The notes below the pieces were generated by a model, which was given only the letters and a program-made list of their open reading frames with translations, did no database searches and had not been told where the DNA came from. Made by a program: the position numbers and the translations under genes. From the NCBI RefSeq assembly GCF_023055435.1, contig NW_025963890.1, positions 57,350,001-57,414,000 on the forward strand: 64,000 nt of DNA, given 5' to 3'. Below, piece after piece: positions 12,455 to 25,635 of the stretch. Position 1 is the first letter of the stretch. Each line of letters starts with the position of its first letter. The stretch is from Haliotis rufescens (lineage: Eukaryota).

Positions 12455-12770
12455 GCACAAAAAGCGACAAAACCCTTTCTATATCCAATAGAAATCTCTA
12501 CATAAAGCAGAGTCGAGTACCATTCCGACTAAATCATGAGAATGTGTTTATGAATCACTCTCAAATAGTAGTGATACCAAGTGAGCGTATCCTGCCCCAC
12601 CGGTGGCAACCGTCATAAACACATGCAAAGGTAGACAATTGTCCATATAAAAACACACGGGAACATATGGCACAAGTCAGAATAGGGAATTGCAGGGACA
12701 TCACTTTGGTCACTGATGCTTCAGATTTGAAAATGTCTTCGACATGTCTACCATAAAACGTTTTGAAAGC
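12455..12770 (-). mobile_element. Penelope-like element 3' fragment
   Basis: Minus strand encodes KAFKTFYGRHVEDIFKSEASV plus the conserved 3' region. Paralogous fragments at ~19280-19600, 26035-26345 and 35190-35480. Confidence 0.7.
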
Positions 12771-13059
12771 TTTACTTTTCAAGAACAGTGGCAACTGGAA
12801 GGGCTGCTTCAAAGTGAAGGCATTTACCATATAATTGAGACGAACCATATCAAAATAAGAAGTATGTACAGATGTGTGTACTCGTATGAGATCGATCTCT
12901 GTTTCTACGTTCTACATTATACAACGTAAACGAGTCGTTTATTTGAAATATAATTTAAGAGTAAGGAAGTACTTTTGATGGAGAAAAAACATTTCACAAT
13001 TTGAAAAGTATTCACTATTTAGATAGATAGATTGTTTCAGCATCTCACTCTGACGATGA

Positions 13060-13258
13060 GTTGATGAGGTGACATGGAATGAAGGTTATTATTTCTTATT
13101 ATATAGCTACGTGCATCCACGTTTGTGTGAGTGTGTGTGTCTGCCTGTACTAGCCATGACTTATGCTGATTTGATAGTGCTAGCCCACTGAGATGCCATG
13201 CTACAGTTAACATGAAGACCCCACTCAGACACAGTATACTGACTCCGAGGACGCGGCC
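13060..13258 (-). mobile_element. 3' fragment of SINE family D
   Basis: Matches 54000-54145 of the full copy. Also present at ~26610-26800 and 35755-35950. Confidence 0.7.
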
Positions 13259-14229
13259 TTTACCCTTAGGGGTATTGAAGAAGGTACCTTTGTTGTGTTC
13301 ATTTGAAAGGTATATGCCACTTAAATAGACTGTTTTAGCGTCTAAATCTGAGGGGTATTGCAAATCTTTACAAACATTCTAAAAGAGAATGATTGTTTTA
13401 ATGTAACTGGATGATTATTTCCCTTTCGTCATTGCAACGTAATGTTCCGGGGACCCGTTTTACAAAACAACCATAGTGCTACGACAGTATTAAGTCCCGA
13501 TACCAAGTTCTAATTTAGACTGGCACTATTAGCATCTCAGATCTTTCGATGTAATGAAACTACTGAACACACACCTTTATTGTACGTTCCGTAACCGACG
13601 CAAATATAAATTGTTAATGCAAGAAAATAAAGTACTAGCCTAGATTCTCCACAGAAATAGGTTGCATTTGGCGTAAAGGGCAAATTAGATGTGAAAGTTT
13701 TATGAATGGAGCACTGAAAATCAGTGATGACAGCAGGTATTTATGAATAGGATAGCATAACTGTCCTGCTCCACCGGTAGCACCCGCCACTCACACAATT
13801 TGCATAAAAAGTAAGTATCTATCGCCTGATGCCGCACAGCAGTACTCCTGACACGCGACGACAAACTGTAAACAGAGACCATATATGGTCTCTGCTGTAA
13901 ACAAACCAGACAATCAAGTGGTCGAGAAAATCCTGTGACACGATAGTGCATTTACTCATTTTGTTAAGACTAATAAAACCGATATGTTCATTTTTGAATT
14001 ACGTCTGCTGTGTACATGTGCAAAGATTCTGCTGCTTATAAGTAAAGAAAAACGTTGAAGAAATTAATGTATTCGTTTTGCAACACAGTGAGGGCTGTTT
14101 TGATGTCTCGGCCCAAACATTTGTTTTGTAGTTGACTCAGCATAGATAAACGCTACTGAGCTTGTGATGAAACTCGGGGACTTCAGTCCACCAGCTGACC
14201 CAGTTTAAGTAAACATAAAATGCAAGAGA

Positions 14230-14620
14230 ATTAATTACCCGCCTAGATTATCAACCGAAACAGATTCACCTGTAGACAAACAAAGATGTCCTTTGAGCAA
14301 GTTACGGCATAAAGGCTGAATGCAGCTTCAGGAAATCATCAGTTTGGAAGGTCCATAAGAAGGATTTCAAAACCTGCTTCTTCTCGCAAGTCAGCATAAG
14401 TCAGGATACATTTATCAGATTTGTCAGGATATATTAAATCAATAAAAGCGACAAAATCCTTTCCAGAGGCCATTGTGCGATTCCGTTCGCGAATTTTCCG
14501 TTACTTATGAGGAAATTAATAATGCCATGTATCTAATTAAACCCGGTAAAGCAAAGTGTTGATATGTGATAGAAATGATGAAAAATATCAAAAAAATATT
14601 ATCATGCAATGTACTCTGGT
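14230..14620 (+). mobile_element. Degenerate LINE ORF2 remnant (pre-RT region)
   Basis: Frameshifted EEINNAMYLIKPGKA...EMMKN resembles the LINE 'EEI..AI..LK.GKA.G.D.I..EMLK' motif. Repeated in each spacer, and as ...MWKVIRGISKP at ~42400-42760. Confidence 0.5.
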
Positions 14621-14679
14621 ATCAACACGACAAACTTAAGGAAAAACAAACGGGGTTGCTGTAAATAGAGTTACATCTG

Positions 14680-15450
14680 TGTTACGTTTGGGAATAGGAC
14701 ATTCAGGCAGGAAGTAGGCACTCCATGTCCGACGTTTATGCTCCCTTCCTTGCTGACCTGTTTCTTTATGCATAAGAGTCTCAATTTCTTTTCGGATTGG
14801 CAAAATCAAAACAAGGAAATTGGCCAACAAGTTTAACTTTAACTTCAGGGGTATACATCATCTGATATCGTTCTATAAATAGTCAGTGAAAAGTCAATAT
14901 TTAGATCTATGCATGAAGATCCAGAGTAACAAAACTATACACGAGACTTTATGACAAGAGGGATGCTTTCAACTTTCCCTTTTTGTCGAGCAATATTCCA
15001 GCAGCTCCAGCTTTTAGTGTCAACTTTGGTGTACTTTTGAGGTTCAATCGAGCATACTTTTCCACGAAGATTTCAAAGAGCGCCATACGACTCTTGCTGA
15101 GAGTTGTTTGATCTGGGTTACAGCAGTCAAGGCCTTAGAAAAGCTTTCAAAACGTTTTATGGTAGACATGTGGAAGACATTTCCAATCTGACGCATCAGT
15201 GAAAAAAAATGATGTCCGACCCAATTTTCTGTTTTGACTTTTACCATAATGTCCCCGTGTTTGACAGTTGACTTGCCTTTGCTTGTGTTTGTGACGCGTT
15301 TTCGCGAGCACATGGTATAATCACTATTTGATAGTGATTCATCGACACATTCTCATGATGTAGAACCTGAGATTCATTTGTATACAATGACTTTAAGACC
15401 ATATCGTTCAGTATTTATACGCGTATGCCCATTACGGAACAATGAAAATT
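14680..15450 (+). mobile_element. Degenerate Penelope-like reverse transcriptase remnant
   Basis: Fragments VTFGNRTFRQEVGTP, APFLADLFLYA, KFNFNFR, YLDL, LYDKRDAFNFPFLSSNIPAAPAF and KAFKTFYGRH appear in order, matching the PLE RT core/thumb. Many stops and frameshifts. Confidence 0.75.
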
Positions 15451-16297
15451 GAAAATGAATATCTCCGTTTATCCCTTCTATTATGACAAAAACAATACCT
15501 CTCATCTTTTATATTTTTCTAAAACACTTAAAATGAAACTCTTCCTCGCAAATGAAATAAAGTTTGCATATATACCATGTCTACAGGAAGCACATTATAA
15601 CGATAGGCGCAACGATAATACAAGTATTATATTGTACATAATTTGAAATTATGTATATGGTCCGGTGGCCTAGAATACAATATGCTTCTAGACTATTTCT
15701 CGATCAAGTTTACTAAATAATATGATACTCCTACGATACAGGCTACAGAATATATAACATATATGTGAATTCCCTCAATAAATTACAGACACGATGTTGT
15801 ATATTATATAAAACACCTCATAAACTGCACCACGTGACAAAGAGGCCCCCATGTCACCTACTGTCAATGTGCCCATCACTCCCTCTTGTTGTGTTGTAAT
15901 ACAACATTACAGGGATACCTAGACGCATTCGCGGCATGCTACCTGAGTCTTATGTTCTTTTGATTCATATTGAATACAATCATGTGGACATCCGTCGTTC
16001 CTCTGAAGCTGTTATGGTATATCTAACTTACCAGTGAGATTACACAGAACGCGTTGTTCGTAGTATGTTTAAAACAGCATTGATTTCGTTAGAACGATTT
16101 ACGAATATTTTTTAGAAGACAAACATTTTGATTTACAAATATAAATAAATCTGTAAACTATGAGCATTGAGTTATATTATATACACTTATTATTTATGTG
16201 TGGTAGATAGTTTCTGATAGTATTTAGGATCCATAAACACATGTGACTTATTTTGTTATATCAGTATCAGAACCTATCAAGTATCTAAAAGTATTTC

Positions 16298-16466
16298 GGG
16301 GCGGTCGGGAAGCCTAGTGGTTAAAGCGTTCGCTCGTCACGCCGAAGACCTGGGTTCGATTCCCAATATGGGTACAATGTGTGAAGCCCATTTCTGGTGT
16401 CCCCGGCCGTGATATTGCTGGAATATTGCTAAAAGCGGCGTAAAAATCTAACTCACCCATTCACTC
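16298..16466 (+). mobile_element. tRNA(Asp)-like SINE, family A (duplicated with the tandem unit)
   Basis: gcctagtggtt A box, cgtcacg anticodon-like loop, ggttcgattccc B box, TCAC tail. Confidence 0.9.
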
Positions 16467-17663
16467 TGAACGTGTTGGTGAGGAGAAATGGGATTTAACC
16501 TCTCTGTTCAAGATTATTTTACTTTAAAAGCACATACAATCCATTGAATAGTGGTCTAAAGTAGGTATCCAGGTTCAAGGTGATGCATATTTTATGCATA
16601 TAACAATCTATTTAATGAAAATGTCTGAACATAATTTCAACAATTCATATTCATGTACATTTCGGAAAAGGTGAATGAAGGAGTGAGTTTGGTTTGTTGA
16701 CGCTTTTAACAATATAGCAGCAATATCACAGTTGATTTTAAAACATTAACATTTTAAAATTTCTTTTGGTTAAAGAATTGTACAAGATGTAAACAGCATT
16801 GTCAATAATTTTGTATTCGATTTGAAGGAATATATTAGCACTCAAACTATTTAAAGATTCCATCAGTTTTATGTTCAGAAATATATACCCGTCTTTATAA
16901 GTAGTCTGTTTTAAGTTTTATTAAACCTTAGAAAGCCTATGTGGGTCCATTTTTTTCGAACAAGAATCCTTGGACGTTAAAGGCAAACTAGCACTAAAAA
17001 GTATATGAAGGGATATCTGAAAATCAGTGAAGCCATCAAGTGTTTGCGAACTTATGGCTTTAGGTAAATATCTGAATATGAAATTAGTTATGTGTCATAT
17101 CACATTAAAGACAACTCATATATTATGTACTTGTTTAAAAACATTTAAAGTTTTAAATATGTTTCTACAATATAGCCTGAAACAGTATGTACTTCGAATC
17201 CTCATCCATAAGAATAACATGTTTATTGCAGTTGCTTATAGCGTAACACAACAAAAGAACAGTTTACAAACACAATGGCTTTATTTTACAATTAAAAAAA
17301 TACTTCACAATGATAGACCTTTTATTTAAGACTTGCAAACAACCGTCAACGAACTTAAGTGAAAGCTTCAAATGATATTCTTAATCCCCCAAATTACTAC
17401 AATCATGGTAGGTCGAATCTCACAAACATATTAATTAGGAACATCTGAGTTTTTGTTAAACAATTAAAGGTAATCGCGACATGAGTAGTACATGTATATC
17501 AATCATCCATCATAGCACTCGTGTCAGCCTTGTATTATTACAAAACAGCGTGAAGCGCCGACTGACACCTTGTAATGTATTACATGTGATCCATTTGACT
17601 CATAGTTAATACCATCTTAGACACGTTGTGTTTGACTTATTGCTGATTCCGTAACGTATGGTT

Positions 17664-17751
17664 TATAAACTGCAGCTGAGCTGGTGATAGAATCATTGGC
17701 TTCATTAGTTACAGTAGCACTCTAGTTCGGTACAGGGACAATCCAAGCCAG
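17664..17751 (+). promoter_or_regulatory. TATA/Inr/non-coding exon 1 of copy 2
   Basis: TATAAA 17664, TCATT A at 17695, donor after 17751. Confidence 0.75.
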
Positions 17752-17951
17752 GTAAATTCTTTGGTTTTATCAGCCCTGATGATACATACATATTTATACA
17801 TTGGCTAGTTTTACTGAAATACCGGAATGCAAGACTGTTGTTACTGATATAGCTGTGTTGCATTCAGGAACATGAAATAAATGCAATTAATATTGTTTTG
17901 AGAATGCATGTTAAGAATTCTGAACTATACAAAGTATATTTTTCAGACAAA

Positions 17952-18883
17952 ATGAAGATCATATGCCTTTGCATAGCTCTCTTTGGCGCTGCAGCCAATG
18001 GTAAGTAAATACTCGCGTATACATATATACATTACAAATATTAACTACATATCTTTATCTGTGCGAATTAATCAACTGCATAATTATATATAAGTACAGT
18101 TTGTGTTGCGAGTACAGTTCATGAATATTCTCAAAGATAAGACACTGTGCACAATTCTATTGCAATATCATAACTCTCATCATTCTTTTCCAGCTCAAAG
18201 TACTGCACATGCTTATAACAACGTCAACCAGTTTAGTTTCCCTCCAATGAACAGCCATCACAGTCAAGGCAACACTGTATCCACGGCCTATGGTTACCAT
18301 GGTAACAGTATGTCCACCAACAACGGTAACCAAGGTAATTTTGTTTCCAAAGACAACGGTTACAAAGACAACAAGTGACAGTGGTAGTTGTAGTGGTAGT
18401 AATAGTAGTAGTAATGATAGTAGTAGCAGTAGCAGTTAAACGATATAAGGAAAGTAATATTAGCATAAGTAAACGATAACTCACATGAAACATCATTTGC
18501 TTGCAGCTCAAGCACCTGCACCAGCTTATCCCACGATGAATACCAACGCTTACCCAATGTCAAACAACTACGCCTACCAAGCGAATGATTACAATGGTTA
18601 CCAAAGCAACGTCGCATCCACTCAAAATGGTTACCAGAGCAACACCAACAACGTCAACTCTTACATGCTTCCAATGATGATGGGTATGGACCAAGAAAGT
18701 CACATGGCAACTCTCGGAATGATGATGAACTCGAGGCAGGGCAACAACATGCTCCCCTTCTACATGATGAACCAAGGGTATGAGAACATGCTGCCCATGA
18801 TGGCCTTCATGAACCGCGGGAACCAGAGAGGCCAGAGGATGAACCCCTTCATGATGATGACTCTTCATGAAGCGATGAACTAA
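17952..18883 (+). CDS. Secreted Met-rich protein, copy 2 (188 aa)
   Basis: join(17952..18000,18194..18334,18507..18883). Open frame, canonical splice sites, AATAAA 19036. Confidence 0.85.
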
Positions 18884-19399
18884 AGAATTGACTAAACTGT
18901 GGTGTAATATTTGAGTGAATGCGAGAGGTTGAATATTTATGTATGTTGGTTAGATGGTATCCCGTGATGCACTCTCAAAGCGTTGATATCACGAACTATT
19001 TATTGACTAATTTATGAAACAATAATAATTTATTGAATAAACTTTCTTGAATCATACATGCTATATGTTTCTTCTTTTAAACCTACATACCACACGTGAA
19101 GAATTGATGATACCGTTACGTTACATTCGTTCAAACACACTCATTCACTTAATCGGGATCATGAACAACGGCAACAAGAGAGCCTTCCGCATTAACGTGA
19201 CAATACATTTACAGTGTCGCCGTATTGATGATACTGTTCATTACGTTCATTCCTTATGATTAATTCACAAAGTGGGGGCACATAAAGCGACAAAACCCTT
19301 TCCATATCCAAACGAAATCTTTACATAAAGCAGAGTCGAGAACCATTCCGACTAAATCATGAGCATGTGTTTTTGAATCACTCTCAAATAGTAATGATA

Positions 19400-19484
19400 C
19401 CGTTCAACAAAGCGATCTTAGCTATGTTTAAGTATGGGAGTTACGATCATCTTACCGCTGAGATCGCTTTGTGGAACCGGGCCC
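19400..19484. mobile_element. Tiny Harbinger-like MITE
   Basis: Inverted ends ccgttcaacaaagcgatcttagc / gctgagatcgctttgtggaaccgggccc. The paralogous site is empty (gataccaggtgagcg at ~35297). Confidence 0.6.
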
Positions 19485-20519
19485 AGGTGAGCGTATCCTG
19501 CCCCACCGGTGGCAACCGTCACAAACACATGCAAAGGTAAGTCAATTGTTCATATAAAAACACACGGGAACATATGGCACAAGTCAAAATAGGGAATAGT
19601 AATGACAGCAGGTATTGGTGAATAGGATAGCATGACTGTCCTGCTCCACCGGTAGCATCCGCCACTCACACAATTTGCATAAAAAGTAAGTATCTATCGC
19701 CTGATGCCGCACAGCAGTACTCCTGACACGCGACGGCAAACTGTAAACAAACCAGACAATCAAGTGGTCGAGAAAATCCTGTGACACGATAGTGCATTTA
19801 CTCATTTTGTTGAGACTAATAAAAACGGCATGTTCATTTTTGAATTACGTCTGCTGTGTACAAGTGCAAAGATTCTGCTGCTTATGAGTAAAGAAAAACG
19901 TTGAAGAAATTAATGGAATCGTTTTGCAACACAGTGGGGACTGTTTTGATGTCTCGGCCCAAACATTTGTTTTGTAGTTGACTCAGCATAGATAAACGCT
20001 ACTGAGCTTGTGATGAAACTCGGGGACTTCAGTCCACCAGCTGACCCAGTTTAAGTAAACATTAAATGCAAGAAAATTAATTACCCGCCTAGATTCTCAA
20101 CCGAAACAAATTCACCTGAAGACAAACAAAGGTGTCCTTTGAGGAAGTTACGGCATAAAGGCTGAATGCAGCTGCAGAAAACATCAGTTCGGAAGGTCAA
20201 AAGAAGGATTTAAAAAAAACTTCTTCTTCTGGCAAGTCAGCATAAGTCAGGATACATTGTATAAGAATTGTCAAGATATATTAAAGAAACAAAAGCGACA
20301 AAACCCTTTCCAGAGTCCATTGTGCGATTCCGTTCGCGAATTTTCCGTTACTTAAGAGGAAATTAATAATGCCATGGATCTAATTAAAACGGGTAAAGCA
20401 AAGTGTTGATATGTGATAGAAATGTTAAAAATATCAAAAAAATATTATCATGCAATGTACTCTGGTATCAACACGACAAACTTAAGGAAAAACAAACGGG
20501 GTTGCTGTAAATAGAGTTA

Positions 20520-21330
20520 CATCTGTGTTACGTTTGGGAATAGGACATTCAGGCAAGAAGTAGGCACTCCATGTCCTTCGTTTATGCTCCCCTCCTTGCT
20601 GACCTGTTTCTTTATGCATAAGAGTCACAATTTCTTCTCGGATTGGCAAAATCAAAACAAGGAAATTGGCCAACAAGTTTAATTATAACTTCAGGGGTAT
20701 CCATCATCTGATATCGTTCTATAAATAGTCAGTGAAAGGTCAATATTTAGATCTATGCATAAAGATCCAGAGTAACAAAATCTATACACGAGGCTGTGTG
20801 ACAAGAGGGATGCTTTCAACTTTCCCTTTTTGTCGAGCAATATTCCGGCAGCTCCAGCTTTTAGTGTCTACTTTGGTGTACTTTTGAGGTTCAATCGAGC
20901 ATACTTTTCCACGAAGATTTCAAAGAGCGCCATACGACTCTTGCTGAGAGTTGTTTGATCTGGGTTACAACAGTCAAGGCCTTAGAAAAGCTTTCAAAAC
21001 GTTTTATGGTAGACATGTGGAAGATATTTTCCAATTTGACGCATCAGTGAAAAAAATGATGTCCGACCCAATTTTCTGTTTTGACTTTTACCATAATGTC
21101 CCCGTGTTTGACAGTTGACTTGCCTTTGCTTGTGTTTGTGACGCGTGCCACCGGTGGGTCAGAATACGCTCACGTTTTCGCGAGCACATGGTATCATCAC
21201 TATTTGATAGTGATTCATCGACACATTCTCATGATGTAGTACCTGAGATTCATTTGTATACAATGACTTTCAGACCATATCGTTCAGTATTTATACGCGT
21301 ATGCCCATTACGGAACAATGAAAATTGAAA
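20520..21330 (+). mobile_element. Penelope-like RT remnant (unit copy)
   Basis: Near-identical to 14680-15450. Confidence 0.75.
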
Positions 21331-22173
21331 ATGAATATCTCCGTTTATCCCTTCTATTATGACAAAAACAATACCTCTCATCTTTTATATTTTTCTAAAA
21401 CACTTAAAATGAAACTCTTCCTCACAAATGAAATAAAGTTTGCATATATACCATGTCTACAGGAAGCACATTATAACGATAGGCGCAACGATAATACAAG
21501 TATTATATTGTACATAATTTGAAATTATGTATATGGTCCGGTGGCCTAGAATACAATATGTTTCTAGACTATTTCTCGATCAAGTTTACTAAATAATATG
21601 ATACTCCTACGATACAGGCTACAGAATATATAACATATATGTGAATTCCCTCAATAAATTACAGACACGATGTTGTATATTATATAAAACACCTCATAAA
21701 CTGCACCACGTGACAAAGAGGCCCCCATGTCACCTACTGTCAATGTGTCAATCACTCCCTCTTGTTGTGTTGTAATACAACATTACAGGGATACCTAGAC
21801 GCATTCGCGGCATGCTACCTGAGTCTTATGTTCTTTTGATTCATATTGAATACAATCATGTGGACATCCGTCGTTCCTCTGAAGCTGTTATGGTATATCT
21901 AACTTACCAGTGAGATTACACAGAACGCGTTGTTCGTAGTATGTTTAAAACAGCATTGATTTCGTTAGAACGATTTACGAATATTTTTTAGAAGACAAAC
22001 ATTTTTATTTACAAATATAAATAAATCTGTAAACTATGAGCATTGAGTTATATTATATACACTTATTATTTATGTGTGGTATATAGTTTCTGATAGTATT
22101 TAGGATCCATAAACACATGTGACTTATTTTGTTATATCAGTATCAGAACCTATCAAGTATCTAAAAGTATTTC

Positions 22174-22342
22174 GGGGCGGTCGGGAAGCCTAGTGGTTAA
22201 AGCGTTCGCTCGTCACGCCGAAGACCTGGGTTCGATTCCCAATATGGGTACAATGTGTGAAGCCCATTTCTGGTGTCCCCGGCCGTGATATTGCTGGAAT
22301 ATTGCTAAAAGCGGCGTAAAAATCTAACTCACCCATTCACTC
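22174..22342 (+). mobile_element. SINE family A (unit copy)
   Basis: Same element and flanks as 16298-16466. Confidence 0.9.
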
Positions 22343-23540
22343 TGAACGTGTTGGTGAGGAGAAATGGGATTTAACCTCTCTGTTCAAGATTATTTTACTT
22401 TTAAAGCACATACAATCCATTGAATAGTGGTCTAAAGTGGGTATCCAGGCTCAAGGTGATGCAAATTTTATGCATATAACAATCTATTTAATGAAAATGT
22501 CTGAACATAGTTTCAACAATTCATATTCATGTACATTTCGGAAAAGGTGAATGAAGGAGTGAGTTTGGTTTGTTGACGCTTTTAACAATATAGCAGCAAT
22601 ATCACAGTTGATTTTAAAACATTAACATTTTAAAATTTCTTTTGGTTAAAGAATTGTACAAGATGTAAACAGCATTGTCAATAATTTTGTATTCGATTTG
22701 AAGGAATATATTAGCACTCAAACTATTTAAAGATTCCATCAGTTTTATGTTCGGAAATATATACCCGTCTTTATAAGTAGTCTGTTTTAAGTTTTATTAA
22801 ACCTTAGAAAGCCTATGTGGGTCCATTTTTTTCGAACCAGAATCCTTGGGCGTTAAAGGCAAACTAGCGCTAAAAAGTATATGAAGGGATATCTGAAAAT
22901 CAGTGAAGTCATCAAGTGTTTGGGAACTTATGGCTTTAGGTATATATCTGAATATGAAATTAGTTATGTGTCATATCACATTAAAGACAACTCATATATC
23001 ATGTACTTGTTTAAAAACATTTAAAGTTTTAAATATGTTTCTACAATATAGCCTGAAACAGTATGTACTTCGAATCCTCATCCATAAGAATAACATGTTT
23101 ATTGCAGTTGCTTATAGCGTAACACAACAAAAGAACAGTTTACAAACACAATGGCTTTATTTTACAATTAAAAAAATACTTCACAATGATAGACCTTTTA
23201 TTTAAGACTTGCAAACAACCGTCAACGAACTTAAGGGAAAGCTTCAAATGATATTCTTAATCCCCTAAATAACTACAATCATGGTAGGTCGAATCTCACA
23301 AACATATTAATTAGGAACATCTGAGTTTTTTGTTAAACAATTAAAGGTAATCACGACATGAGTAGTACATGTATATCAATCATCCATCATAGCACTCGTG
23401 TCAGCCTTGTATTATTACAAAACAGCGTGAAGCGCCGACTGACACCTTGTAATGTATTACATGTGATCCATTTGACACATAGTTAATACCATCTTAGACA
23501 AGTTGTGTTTGACTTATTGCTGATTCCGTAACGTATGGTT

Positions 23541-23628
23541 TATAAACTGCAGCTGAGCTAGTGATAGTATCATTGGCTTCATTAGTTACAGTAGCACTCT
23601 AGTTCGGTACAGGGACAATCCAAGCCAG
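23541..23628 (+). promoter_or_regulatory. TATA/Inr/non-coding exon 1 of copy 3
   Basis: TATAAA 23541, Inr A 23572, donor after 23628. Confidence 0.75.
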
Positions 23629-23958
23629 GTAAATTCTTTGGTTTTATCAGCTATGATGATACATACATATTTATAAATTGGCTAGTTTTACTGACATTTG
23701 GGAATGTTAGACTATTACTTCTTATAAGGCTGTGTTGTATTCATGAACGTAAAACTATTACAATTAATACAGTTTTGAGAATGCATGTTAAGTGTGACGA
23801 TCAATCAATACAAATTTTTGAGAAGTGCCGTGTATTTAACTTGAACGTTCATTTGCGTCTTCCAGCATCTTAGTACAAAGCAGTACCAAAACTTTTACAG
23901 ACAATTTTATGACAGTAAATCAGAATTCTAAAATTTACAAAGTATATTTTCAGACAAA

Positions 23959-25100
23959 ATGAAGATCATATGCCTCTGTATTGCTCTCTTGGGCGCTGCA
24001 GCCAATGGTAAGTAAATAAGCGTGGATACATCTATGCATTACAAATATTACCTATATATCTTTATCTGTGCGAATTAATCAATTGCACAATATGTACTCA
24101 CCGCCAAAAGAAACGCAAATTCCATACATGTTGGTTAATACATGAAGACTTACTCATATTTAAGAGATAGTAGATTGGTTCGATCCACAAAGGAACATAC
24201 TGTTATGTTATGTGAACCGATGCTTATGAACGCATAACATGTGACCTCATAGAAACATGTCTCGAGAAGCACCATTTGTCTCGTGCAGGATTAGCGTGTA
24301 AAGTTTGGAAATCACGTGCAGCATATCTTGAAAGCAGTGAAGACACTCTGTGGTAACACTTGACTGATTGTTAGTTTAACATTAATTGGTGTACATTCTT
24401 AACGAACATACTTCTCTATATGTTTCTTTCGTTCGTGTTTCTTTTAGCGTAGAGTATATACACTTATAGTTTGTTTTGCGAATACAGTTCATGAATATTC
24501 TCAAAGATAAGACACTGTGCACAGTTCTGTTGCAATAGAATAACTCTCATCATTCTTTTCCAGCTCAAAGTACTGCACATGCTTATAACAACGTCAACCA
24601 ATTTAGTTTCCCTCCAACGAACAGCCATCACAGTCAAGGCAACCCTGTTTCCATGGCATATGGTTACCATGGTAACAGTTTATCCACCAACAACGGTAAC
24701 CAAGGTAATTCAGTTTACAATAACACAGCAGTTGTCAAGGCAGCTAGTGATAGTTGTAGTAGTTGTAGTTGTTGTAGTGGTAGCGGGAATGGTTGTTGTT
24801 GTTGTTTGTTATTTAACGCCGCACTCAACAATATTCCAGCTATATGTCGGAGGTCTGTAAATAATCTATTCTGGATCAGACAAACCAGTGATTGACACCA
24901 TGAGCATCGATCTACGCAAATGGGATACGATGACATGCATCAATCGAGTCAGCGAGTCTGAACACCCGATCCCGTTAGTCGCCTATTTCGACAAGCAGTG
25001 TCGCCTCTTACGGCAAGGGTTGCTGAAGACCTATTCTAACCCGGATTTTCACGTGTCAGTGGTAGAAGATGTAGTAGTAGAAGTAGTAACAGTAGTAGTA

Positions 25101-25154
<54 letters not shown>

Positions 25155-25635
25155 TCAGTAGTAGTAGTAACAGCAGCAGCAGCAGTAACAGTAGCAGATA
25201 AACGATATAAGTAAAGTAATATCCGTATACGTAAACGATAAACATTTTTTGCTACCAGCTCAAGCACCTGCACCAGCCTACCCCACGACGAACACCAACG
25301 CTTACCCAATGTCAAACAACTACGCCTACCAAGCGAATGGTTACAATGGTTACCAAAGCAACGCCGCGCCCGCTACAACTGGTTACCAGAGCAACACCAA
25401 CAACATCAACTCTTACATGCTTCCAATGATGATGGGTATGGATCAAGGAAGTCACATGGCAACTCTCGGAATGATGATGAACTCCAAACAAGGCAACAGC
25501 ATGCTCCCCTTCTACATGATGAACCAAGGGTATGAGAACATGCTGCCCATGATGGCCTTCATGAACCGCGGCAACCAGAGAGGCCAGAGGATGAACCCCT
25601 TCATGATGATGACTCTTCATGAAGCGATGAACTAA
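23959..25635 (+). CDS. Secreted Met-rich protein, copy 3 (188 aa)
   Basis: join(23959..24007,24564..24704,25259..25635). Open frame; introns enlarged by a MITE and a SINE. Confidence 0.85.
24097..24454. mobile_element. Tc1/mariner-type MITE in intron 2 of copy 3
   Basis: TIR ctcaccgccaaaagaaac / gtttcttttagcgtagag, TA TSD. Absent in copies 1, 2 and 5. Confidence 0.8.
24792..25055 (-). mobile_element. SINE-like element family B in intron 3 of copy 3
   Basis: (AAC)n tail; full body homologous to 57081-57327. Confidence 0.85.
25060..25197. repeat. (GTA)n microsatellite
   Basis: Direct observation. Confidence 0.95.

Noticed and set aside
16298-16375. tRNA-Asp gene
   Set aside because: Lacks a proper acceptor stem, continues into a SINE body and tail, and other copies have TSDs.
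15449-17329. Short ORFs repeated in each spacer (MKMNISVYPF..., MKPSSVCELM...)
   Set aside because: Recur only because the unit was duplicated recently; broken in the more diverged unit, non-ATG starts, AT-rich.
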